This document shows, in pieces, positions 1-7,669 of a DNA stretch of 64,000 bases. Source of the stretch: Oscillospiraceae bacterium (GTDB taxonomy: Bacteria; Bacillota; Clostridia; Oscillospirales; SIG627); the NCBI GenBank assembly GCA_015063985.1, contig SVTC01000008.1, forward strand, positions 8,324 through 72,323, read 5' to 3'. Made by a program: the position numbers and the translations under genes. The notes beneath the pieces are model-generated. The model did no database searches. It had not been told where the DNA came from and saw only the letters and a program-made list of their open reading frames with translations. Every line of letters starts with the position of its first letter. Position 1 is the stretch's first letter.

Positions 1-301
1 TGATCCATTCCTGGAGCTCGAGCTCAAGGAAATCATCTCTGGTTTCCTTGGATGCCCATACGTCAGCATCACCCTTATTAACGGTGATATCCGCACCCAG
101 CTTGATAGTCTTTCCGGCAAAGTTGTTGCTTGTGGAAAGAGAAGCAAAACCGTAGAGCTCTGCAGCATTATTGATCACAAACTCTGTGTCACTTGCATTG
201 TACCAATCGGTATCCGGAACGATGGTGTCAGCGGAAACGCTGAAGCACATCATCGGAACGATCATACACAGTGCAAGAACAACTGCAATGATTTTCTTCA
301 T
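1..301 (-). CDS. secreted protein, N-terminal part only (gene runs off the left window edge)
   Basis: Reverse-strand ATG at 301-299 preceded by AGGAGA. Translation MKKIIAVVLALCMIVPMMCFSVSADT... is a typical signal peptide and the frame stays open to position 1. It is absent from the ORF track because it is truncated. Confidence 0.6.
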   Translation of the reverse strand, partial: MKKIIAVVLALCMIVPMMCFSVSADTIVPDTDWYNASDTEFVINNAAELYGFASLSTSNNFAGKTIKLGADITVNKGDADVWASKETRDDFLELELQEWI

Positions 302-500
302 AATCTTCTCCTTGAAAATTTTAAGATTTTCAGTTCTTACTCTTGAGTTATACTGTAGGCGACTGATAATACAAGAGAAAGAACCACTTACGGAAGTATT
401 ATACAACACCTTGATAATAAAGTCAACACCGATTTAAAAAATATCTTAATGAAAATTTACCCTTCTTGTGCAAAATCGACAATATAAATAATTGCTATAT

Positions 501-535
501 ATACAAAACAAACAAAGGGCTTTTCAGCCCCTTGT
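501..535 (-). terminator. rho-independent terminator after the 537-1238 gene
   Basis: Hairpin ACAAAGGGC/GCCCCTTGT (512-535) directly after the stop, followed on the minus strand by TTGTTTTGT. Confidence 0.55.
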
Positions 536-536
536 T

Positions 537-1238
537 TCATATAAATATCTTCTTTTGAAGGGATGCTTTCAAAGCGGGACAAAGGCCCGTCACAATGAGA
601 AATACGCCCAAACCACAAAGGGGTATCAGCGGAAAAAACGCCCACTGAAAGCCTGCGGGTGATGAAAAGGTGATATCCGCAAAAAACTCAAAAAGCAGAC
701 AAAAGCAGCCGATCACCGTAAAGAAGCCGCCGAACATAAAGAGCCTTCCCCTCTTCAAAAGGCGCACAAGAGTAATAAGCGCGCAGATACAGATCCCCAC
801 TATACCCACCAAGGGAAAGGCAAAGGACAAAAACCATCTGCCGCCCGAGGACACTGCAAGATCTATATAAAGAAGGTACAGAAGCACCGTTGCAAAAAAT
901 ACCGGCGCAAACACGATGGGCTCCGGCGATTCAAACCACCCGGGCAACACGAAGCCCACGTACGCCACCGCCATAGCTCCCAGGGCTATACCGGACCAGC
1001 TCAGTGAAAGGCTTATGGAAAGATCGCAGATCAGACAAACCGCCGCCGCGATTATAAATATCAGAGTTGAAGCTATCAGAACACCTCTGTGACTGAAGCG
1101 CTCCGCTTCATCTGCCATATCGGGGTAGCTTCTCTCCCCCTTTGAGATCTCCTCGGCGGGTCTGTAAGCCCTTGTATGGCAAAGAGGGCATTTTTCCAGA
1201 CTGTCATCAAGCTCAACACCGCATTTAACACAGTACAA
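537..1238 (-). CDS. zinc-ribbon domain membrane protein (hypothetical)
   Basis: N-terminus MYCVKCGVELDDSLEKCPLCHT is a CxxC...CxxC zinc ribbon. The rest is several hydrophobic helices. Confidence 0.65.
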   Translation of the reverse strand: MYCVKCGVELDDSLEKCPLCHTRAYRPAEEISKGERSYPDMADEAERFSHRGVLIASTLIFIIAAAVCLICDLSISLSLSWSGIALGAMAVAYVGFVLPGWFESPEPIVFAPVFFATVLLYLLYIDLAVSSGGRWFLSFAFPLVGIVGICICALITLVRLLKRGRLFMFGGFFTVIGCFCLLFEFFADITFSSPAGFQWAFFPLIPLCGLGVFLIVTGLCPALKASLQKKIFI

Positions 1239-1244
1239 GCTTCT

Positions 1245-3404
1245 TCACTCCCTTCTGTTGGAGCGCAAATATACTCCAACTCCGCTTTTTACAAAATGTG
1301 TAAACACTCTTCTCTCGAATTCACTGTCCTTTAAAACCGAGGAAAGATTTATGACCATTCTATCCTGCAGGGATATTATAGCGCAGTTGCAGGCAGAGGA
1401 TCTTCTGGCTCCGATAACGAAATCCACGTCCTTTATATAGGGCAGCATTTTCTCGGGCAGCTCCAGGCCTCCAAGATTAGTCATACAAATACTGCTGCTC
1501 TTTTCTCCCACCAGCTTATACGCCGCCTTCATTGCAAGATTCTTTATAAAAAGAGGCATTACCCTCAGTGCCAGGACACGCTCGGTCTTGACGTTGGAGG
1601 AAAATCTGCACACCAATTCCTTTTTATCCGCTCCCAGCGCAAGCTGATGATGAAAGCTTTTTACTATCTCGTCAAAGCTGTAGTCGCCCTTTCTCGGATC
1701 CACCGAGAGGTTTACGAAGTAGGCAAAGTTGCGAAGCGTCTGAGGGGAACCAAAGCGCCTTAAATTGACGGGCACCTGAACCGTAACGGGAGCGAGAGCG
1801 GAGCTTTTTTTGTTCTCCGTGCGCCGTATTCCTTCCAAAGCCCAAGCCATCACAGCGGCAAGGTACACCGTAACAGACACCTTATACTCCGCTGCCTTTT
1901 TCTTAAGCTCTGCAACCGAAAGAACTCCCGTGGTGACGTTAAGATAACCGTTCTCACACACCGCACCCTTTAATCGGTATGCGTTTTCCTGCTTATCTCC
2001 CACCGCATAATCCGAGGCACTTAATAAAAAACCGTCCTCAAGCTCCTCGGCCGACGGCTTTTCAAGTCGGTCAAGCACTCCCTTTTCGGGCTCTATAAAA
2101 ATTCCTTTTTTCTGTCCGAGATATTCGGCAATAAGGGTTTTAAGAAAAACGGTGCCGCCCGTACCGTCGGTAAGAGAGTGGAAAAACTCCACTGCCACTC
2201 TGTTTTTATAGTACAGCACCCTGAATGCGCAGGTGGAAATATCGTCGAATACCATTCTTGTCAAAGGGCAAGACTTTTCCGGAATAACCTCGGGCGCCCT
2301 GCGGATCTCCTCGAGATAATACCAGAACACTCCCCTTCTCAGCCTTACCGCAATAGAAGGAAAGCGGCGTACCGTAACGTCCAGAGCGCTTTTTAACACT
2401 GCGGGATCGATCTGCTCATCCAGTGTAGCGGCAAGCCTGAAAACGTTGCTCCAGGTCCTCGTTCTTGCCGCGGGATATATCTTTGCGGCATTGTCAAGCT
2501 TTAGCCAGCCAAGCTTTTTTCTCTTGAGGCGCTTATCCAGAAAATCGTTCATCAACGCCATATCCTGCTCGTGATATTCCTTCAGGGAATACAGAAGATA
2601 TGCATGCCACAAGCCGTCCCTTACAACAAGCTCGGACTCATTCCCTCCCGCGAGAAGCTTATTGTGCATCCTCACGGAATCATCCAGAAGTATCTCACCG
2701 CCGCCTGCAAAGATAAGTGTGGGGCAAAACTCTCCATACTCACCGAAGACCGGGGATACGTAAGGATCATCAAGCCTTTTAGAGTAACAGTCGGCAAAAA
2801 AACGAAGCTTATCCCCATTCATCGAAACGTCGGTTTTTGCATTGGCGGTGCAGCTTTCAGAGGATAAAGAAAGATCACACCAGGGGCTTACGGCAATTAT
2901 CCCCGCAGGCATTTCCATCCCCGCGGCCTTTAACCTCAAGCCGAGGGAAAAGCAAAGTCCGCCACCGCTGCTCTCACCCGCAAGCACGATGCTTTCCGGT
3001 GAATAACCGCTGTCAATAAGATATTTATATGCCTCGAAGCAATCATCGAGAGCCGCAGGAAAGGGTGACTCGGGAGCAAGTCGGTAGGATACGCAAAGAG
3101 TTCTCACACCGCACCGATGAGCGATCATAGAGCCGAAGCCCTTTGCATACTCAAGATCACCGCAGGTAAAGCCGCCGCCGTGAATATAAAGAACGACACC
3201 GTTTCTCGTCTCGTCGACAGGCAACGCCCACAGACATTTCACCTTCAGACCATAGCAGGGAGAATAGGTGACGCTGTTCAAGTATCCCCTGCTCAGGAGA
3301 GATCCGATCTTTTCCTGTCCGCTTCTCACGGTTTCAAGAGAAAGCTGATCAACGATAGGTCTGAGCATATTCAAGCGTGCGCGAACCGAAGCTTCCTTGG
3401 GCAT
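1245..3404 (-). CDS. fusion protein: alpha/beta-hydrolase (esterase/lipase, HGGG + GxSxG) N-domain and HxxxDG acyltransferase (WS/DGAT / condensation-like) C-domain
   Basis: YIHGGGF oxyanion motif and GESSGG nucleophile elbow in the N half. FHSLTDGTGG (HxxxDG) in the C half. Start moved to ATG 3404 (MPKEAS...), which has AAGGAG 7 nt upstream. The track ORF starts further upstream at 3458. Confidence 0.8.
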   Translation of the reverse strand: MPKEASVRARLNMLRPIVDQLSLETVRSGQEKIGSLLSRGYLNSVTYSPCYGLKVKCLWALPVDETRNGVVLYIHGGGFTCGDLEYAKGFGSMIAHRCGVRTLCVSYRLAPESPFPAALDDCFEAYKYLIDSGYSPESIVLAGESSGGGLCFSLGLRLKAAGMEMPAGIIAVSPWCDLSLSSESCTANAKTDVSMNGDKLRFFADCYSKRLDDPYVSPVFGEYGEFCPTLIFAGGGEILLDDSVRMHNKLLAGGNESELVVRDGLWHAYLLYSLKEYHEQDMALMNDFLDKRLKRKKLGWLKLDNAAKIYPAARTRTWSNVFRLAATLDEQIDPAVLKSALDVTVRRFPSIAVRLRRGVFWYYLEEIRRAPEVIPEKSCPLTRMVFDDISTCAFRVLYYKNRVAVEFFHSLTDGTGGTVFLKTLIAEYLGQKKGIFIEPEKGVLDRLEKPSAEELEDGFLLSASDYAVGDKQENAYRLKGAVCENGYLNVTTGVLSVAELKKKAAEYKVSVTVYLAAVMAWALEGIRRTENKKSSALAPVTVQVPVNLRRFGSPQTLRNFAYFVNLSVDPRKGDYSFDEIVKSFHHQLALGADKKELVCRFSSNVKTERVLALRVMPLFIKNLAMKAAYKLVGEKSSSICMTNLGGLELPEKMLPYIKDVDFVIGARRSSACNCAIISLQDRMVINLSSVLKDSEFERRVFTHFVKSGVGVYLRSNRRE

Positions 3405-3468
3405 CGTCTTACTCCTTTCATTTTTTGACATTGTACCACATATTGGCTTAAAAATCAAGAACAGACTT

Positions 3469-3945
3469 TTAACGGCACTTTAAATAACTGAAAAGATACT
3501 CATCCTCCCAAGCCGCACAATATTCCGTCAAAAGCTCCTCGCTTTGCTTATCACTGTTTTCAATGAGCCTTAAGTACAGCTTTTCATCAGAGCCCGTTAT
3601 TATTTCCGCCCCGTCGAGGATCCCGCTCAGTCTTTTGTCCTGCCTGCAAAGAAGAAAATCGTCGTAGCTTTCAAAAACGTAAAATCTTAAATAGCTCCGC
3701 TCCCGCCCCTTTAAAAGATAGAGCTCGCAGCCGCCGTTTCTTTTAGGATACACCTTCACGGTAGTCTGCTGCTTTGCCGCATCAAAGCCCGTCTCCTTCT
3801 TCACCGCATCGAAAAGCTCCCACATAAAGCGTCTTGTGGCGGTATCGGAATAATCCATTCCCTCAAAGCTTATATCAAGCTCCCTCATTTCCTCCGAGGA
3901 TAAGACTACCCTTATCTCATTTGAGCTTATTACCCTGAATTGCAA
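3469..3945 (-). CDS. MecA-like adaptor protein (short form)
   Basis: TTG start with GGAGGAG upstream. The pattern M.F..IS.NEIRV.LS.EEM..L....E....D...R.F.W.L resembles the MecA family N-terminus. The C-terminus LYLRL...EELLTEY also resembles it. Recognised by eye only. Confidence 0.5.
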   Translation of the reverse strand: MQFRVISSNEIRVVLSSEEMRELDISFEGMDYSDTATRRFMWELFDAVKKETGFDAAKQQTTVKVYPKRNGGCELYLLKGRERSYLRFYVFESYDDFLLCRQDKRLSGILDGAEIITGSDEKLYLRLIENSDKQSEELLTEYCAAWEDEYLFSYLKCR

Positions 3946-4020
3946 GAAAATCTCCTCCCTATTGCCCGTATATGATAATTATATGGCCTATGGCGTTTTT
4001 TTGCAACGAACAAAAAATGG

Positions 4021-4050
4021 AAAAGAAAAAGGGTCACCGTCCGGTGACCC
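4021..4050 (-). terminator. rho-independent terminator after the 4063-5829 gene
   Basis: Perfect hairpin GGGTCACCG-TC-CGGTGACCC (4031-4050) followed on the minus strand by TTTTTCTTTT. Confidence 0.7.
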
Positions 4051-4062
4051 TGAATATGACGT

Positions 4063-5829
4063 TTATTTTCCTTCTGCCTTAAGAGCAGCCTCGTTGGAGG
4101 AAGCTATAACGCTTTCAAGCACGGAGTAGTAGACCTCGTTGCTCTCCTTGTAGTTCTCAAGGTTAGCCTCGTCAAATATTCTGTATCCGAACTGAGCGGA
4201 CTTGACGTTGCTGAGCTTGGAGGAGGTCATATAGTAATCGTTGTAGAAGCAAAGTGCGGTTGCGGGGCAGATCTCTGCAAACTTCTTTTCAAGATCAATA
4301 AGGATCTTAGCTCTGTCGCCTCTGTTAAGCTTTTCAAGAACGGAATCAACAAGTGCATCGTAGTCTGCGTTCTCGATATTGGTAACGTGGGGAGTGTAGC
4401 CGACAGAATCATCTGCAACTGATACGACGTTGCCGCTGTATCTGGTTGCGAAGGGTGCAAGGTAGGAATATGCGCTGGTGGTAAGACCCTGATAGTCAAG
4501 ACCGATAACGTCGAAATCACCGGTGTAAAGAGCGGTAACGTACTCGTCTCTTGCAAGACCCTTAAGAGTTACCTTGAAGCCGAGGGACTCCCAAATGCCC
4601 TTTGCATACTCTGCAACAGCCTTATCGTAATCTCTGTCGCTGCGATAGGTAAGGGTGAAGCTTCCGCCCTTAACGCCTGCGGAGGAAAGAAGGCTCTTAG
4701 CGCCGCTCGCATCTGCTGTGGTGCTGTAAATATCGCCTGCCTCGTCACGGAAGGACTTACCCATAGAGCTTCCGTATACACCGTGGGTAACAAAGCCCGT
4801 AGCAGCCTCTGCGCCTCTGCCGATGATCTTTGCGATCTCGTTACGGTCAAGAGCAAGGCTCAGTGCCTGTCTGACCTTTGCATCGTCGAGGACCTCGTTT
4901 GCGCAATCAAAGAAATATGTGTAAGAGGACAAAAGCTCCTGAGTGGTGAGCTTATCCTTATAGGATTCGTAATTCTCCTTGGAGAGCTCTGCGATATAAT
5001 GGAGCTCGCCGTTGTTGAAGAGCTCAAGCTGCTCTGCAAGATCGTAGCTGTAATCGGTAAGCAGACGGAAGGGCTTGATGTGCTTCATATAGCCTTCCTC
5101 GAAGGTGTTCTGTCCGAGGTAGTAGCTGTTCATCTCAAGTCTGTAAAGACCGCCGTTTACTCTGCCCTTAAGAGCGAAGGGGCCGTTTGTCAGCATATCG
5201 TCCGCACCCTTGGATGCCCAGGTATCAACCTTATCCGCAACACCTGCAACGTCATCTCTGACGGCAACGAGAGAGGGACTTGCGATAGCCTCGAGGAAAA
5301 GCTCGGAATCGATGGGCTTCTCAAACTCGATCTCAAGAAGAGTCTGGCTTACTGCGGCAATACCAACGTTGTCGATAGTAACGTCGCCGGCCTTTGCTGC
5401 CTTAGCATTCTTAACGTCGAAAAGAAGTGCTGCGGCGGGTGAATTGGTCTCGGGAGAAAGGATCCTCTTCCATGCCCAAGCATAGTGGTCTGCGGAAAGA
5501 GCACGACCGTCGTTCCACTTTGAGGTGTCAAGTCTTATAAAGAGCTTATACTCCTGTCTGTCTTCATCGTAATCGGTCCACCACTCGGATGCCATAGCCT
5601 TATCAATGCTTCCGCTTGTGGATATCTCGGTAAGACCCTCAAACATAACTCCTGCATACTTTATGTAATCCTTGTCATAGATCATGGGAGCGGGATCAAG
5701 ATTTGCGGGCTCGCTTGCAAGATACATTTTGATAACGGCGCCCTTGTCCTCAAGGTCGACCGCACAGCCGAAAAGGGTGCAGCACATTGTCGCCATCACC
5801 AAAAACAATGCAATAATTTTCTTCTTCAT
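4063..5829 (-). CDS. ABC transporter substrate-binding lipoprotein, family 5 (peptide/nickel/oligosaccharide type)
   Basis: MKKKIIALFLVMATMCCTLFGCAV is a lipobox signal peptide. About 590 aa with the general family-5 SBP look. Start taken at the MKKK Met (5829) rather than the track start. Confidence 0.8.
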   Translation of the reverse strand: MKKKIIALFLVMATMCCTLFGCAVDLEDKGAVIKMYLASEPANLDPAPMIYDKDYIKYAGVMFEGLTEISTSGSIDKAMASEWWTDYDEDRQEYKLFIRLDTSKWNDGRALSADHYAWAWKRILSPETNSPAAALLFDVKNAKAAKAGDVTIDNVGIAAVSQTLLEIEFEKPIDSELFLEAIASPSLVAVRDDVAGVADKVDTWASKGADDMLTNGPFALKGRVNGGLYRLEMNSYYLGQNTFEEGYMKHIKPFRLLTDYSYDLAEQLELFNNGELHYIAELSKENYESYKDKLTTQELLSSYTYFFDCANEVLDDAKVRQALSLALDRNEIAKIIGRGAEAATGFVTHGVYGSSMGKSFRDEAGDIYSTTADASGAKSLLSSAGVKGGSFTLTYRSDRDYDKAVAEYAKGIWESLGFKVTLKGLARDEYVTALYTGDFDVIGLDYQGLTTSAYSYLAPFATRYSGNVVSVADDSVGYTPHVTNIENADYDALVDSVLEKLNRGDRAKILIDLEKKFAEICPATALCFYNDYYMTSSKLSNVKSAQFGYRIFDEANLENYKESNEVYYSVLESVIASSNEAALKAEGK

Positions 5830-5981
5830 GAAAAACTTCCTCCTATGTAAATGCCGCGTACGTCGCCCTAAGGCGACCCATAACATCATTATTATACCAC
5901 CAAATCAAGTATTTTACAATTAAAAAAATTAACAACTCGAAAATTCTTCCAATTGCACAACAAACGCAGTCATTTATTGTG

Positions 5982-6773
5982 CTAAATGCCCAAAATTTCA
6001 GGAAAAACCACTTCTCCGCAAGCTCCAAAAGAGCTTTTTATCACAGTAATATCACTATCTGCGGCATTTATAGCCTCACAAAACATATCAAGACAAAGTA
6101 TTTCGCTTGAATAATGGGAGACCTCTATCACGTTCAGACCGCTCTGAGTGCAGTCAAGCACCAGGTTGTAGGAAAGATCGCCGGATAAAAACGTATCGCA
6201 GCCCTCCTTTTGCGCCAGTGGCAAAAACTCCTTGCCGCCGCCGCAAACGCACATAAGCCTTTTGGCTGTGTCACTGCCCTTGAAAAGCTTAACGGGCTGT
6301 CCCAGGGCGGAAGCTGCGATCAAAGCCGCCTCCTCGGCACTGCAATCCTCCAGCGTGCCTATCCTTCCCAGAGGAAGACCCTCCTCGGGGTCAAGCACGT
6401 CCGTGACGTTTTCAAGACCTATAGCGGCGGCAAATCTATCGTTAAGACCGCCTCTTGCACAATCCGCACGGGTGTGAAAGCTGAAGACGGCAATATTATT
6501 TTCGCAAAGTGCCTTCACTCTTCTGCCGAAAAGACCGTCGCCGTCAATGCTTTTTACACCCCTGAAAATAAAGGGGTGATGACTGACGATAAGATCACAA
6601 CCCTCATCGCAGGCAGCTCGAACAGCCTCGTCGGTAACGTCAAGACACACAAGAGCCTTTTTTACCTCTTTATCCCAATCAAGGCAAAGCATCGCACCGT
6701 CGTTGTCCCAGGAGCAGGAAAGCTCCTTGGGATAGCTTTGACACAGTGCCTCATATAATTTCCTTCGGTTCAT
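5982..6773 (-). CDS. Nif3-like dinuclear metal centre protein (YqfO family)
   Basis: LIVSHHPFIF, FSFHTRAD and the C-terminal H..SE motif. Overlaps and follows trmK, as in the conserved yqfN-yqfO pair. Confidence 0.85.
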   Translation of the reverse strand: MNRRKLYEALCQSYPKELSCSWDNDGAMLCLDWDKEVKKALVCLDVTDEAVRAACDEGCDLIVSHHPFIFRGVKSIDGDGLFGRRVKALCENNIAVFSFHTRADCARGGLNDRFAAAIGLENVTDVLDPEEGLPLGRIGTLEDCSAEEAALIAASALGQPVKLFKGSDTAKRLMCVCGGGKEFLPLAQKEGCDTFLSGDLSYNLVLDCTQSGLNVIEVSHYSSEILCLDMFCEAINAADSDITVIKSSFGACGEVVFPEILGI

Positions 6774-7458
6774 AATCCTTACCCTCCAGGATATCTTTTA
6801 TTTCCCCGTAAAGGGCACGTTTTTTTGATGCAACGCCACCCGAGATCTCCATCCCCCTTATCTCCTTTTCGAGTCGGGAGGATAAAAAAACAAGACACTC
6901 CCTCCAAAGAGGCTCTCTTCGCGAAAGCACCTCTCTGCCGGCAAAGTATTCAAGCTCGGGAAGAGTCCTTTTCACACCGGAGTAAGCAGCCTTCATCACA
7001 ACAAACAGCCTTTTATGCTCCCACACCAAAATATCGCGGGTGATCTCAAAGCCGTTCTCCCACAAAAATTTTCTCAGGTGAGGCGCCTTTGTCATAGGCT
7101 GGAAAACAAAGCTTTTCCCCAAAAGGCTGCCGTCGGGCTCGCAAAGCATACCCGAAACGGTCTCTCCGCCCATTCCCGCAACCACAAAGCAATCGGGAGA
7201 ATATTTTAAAAGCGGTCTTATACCGTCCGCCAACACAAAATCCGCACGGTGGCAAAGTCCGCTATCCTTAAAAGTCTCTTTTCCTCTTTGCAGAGGAAGA
7301 GGATTGATATCGCTCACAACGACCCTTGGCGCAATTCCCTTTTGCAAAAGATAAAGAGAAAGAGCGGCGTGATCGGCACCAACGTCAGCGGTAACAGCCC
7401 CCTTCGGTACCAATTCCGCCGCCGCCAAAAGTCTTTTGGACAAAACTTCCTCTTTCAT
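6751..7458 (-). CDS. trmK: tRNA (adenine22-N1)-methyltransferase
   Basis: SKRLLAAAELVPKG..ADVGADHA.L..YL, SDINP.PL and VVAGMGGE motifs typical of TrmK. Paired with Nif3. Confidence 0.85.
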   Translation of the reverse strand: MKEEVLSKRLLAAAELVPKGAVTADVGADHAALSLYLLQKGIAPRVVVSDINPLPLQRGKETFKDSGLCHRADFVLADGIRPLLKYSPDCFVVAGMGGETVSGMLCEPDGSLLGKSFVFQPMTKAPHLRKFLWENGFEITRDILVWEHKRLFVVMKAAYSGVKRTLPELEYFAGREVLSRREPLWRECLVFLSSRLEKEIRGMEISGGVASKKRALYGEIKDILEGKDYEPKEII

Positions 7459-7462
7459 AATA

Positions 7463-7666
7463 TTACTTCGCGGATGCGAAATAATCGTTGAGCTTCTTTA
7501 CCAGCTCATCCGCATCGGTTCCGTGAACCAGGCAAGCATCCTCTACGCACTCTCCTCTTGAAGCGGGGCAACCGAGGCAATGCATACCGATCTCAAGAAA
7601 GAATCTTCCGGTTTCGGGATCTGCATCCAGAATATCACCGATAATGCTTTTCTTTGTAACGACCAT
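7463..7666 (-). CDS. DUF1858-type small redox/hybrid-cluster-associated domain protein
   Basis: 67 aa. TIGDIL..DPET..FFLE.GMHCLGCP....E..EDAC..HG.D is the DUF1858 signature. Confidence 0.7.
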   Translation of the reverse strand: MVVTKKSIIGDILDADPETGRFFLEIGMHCLGCPASRGECVEDACLVHGTDADELVKKLNDYFASAK

Positions 7667-7669
7667 TTT

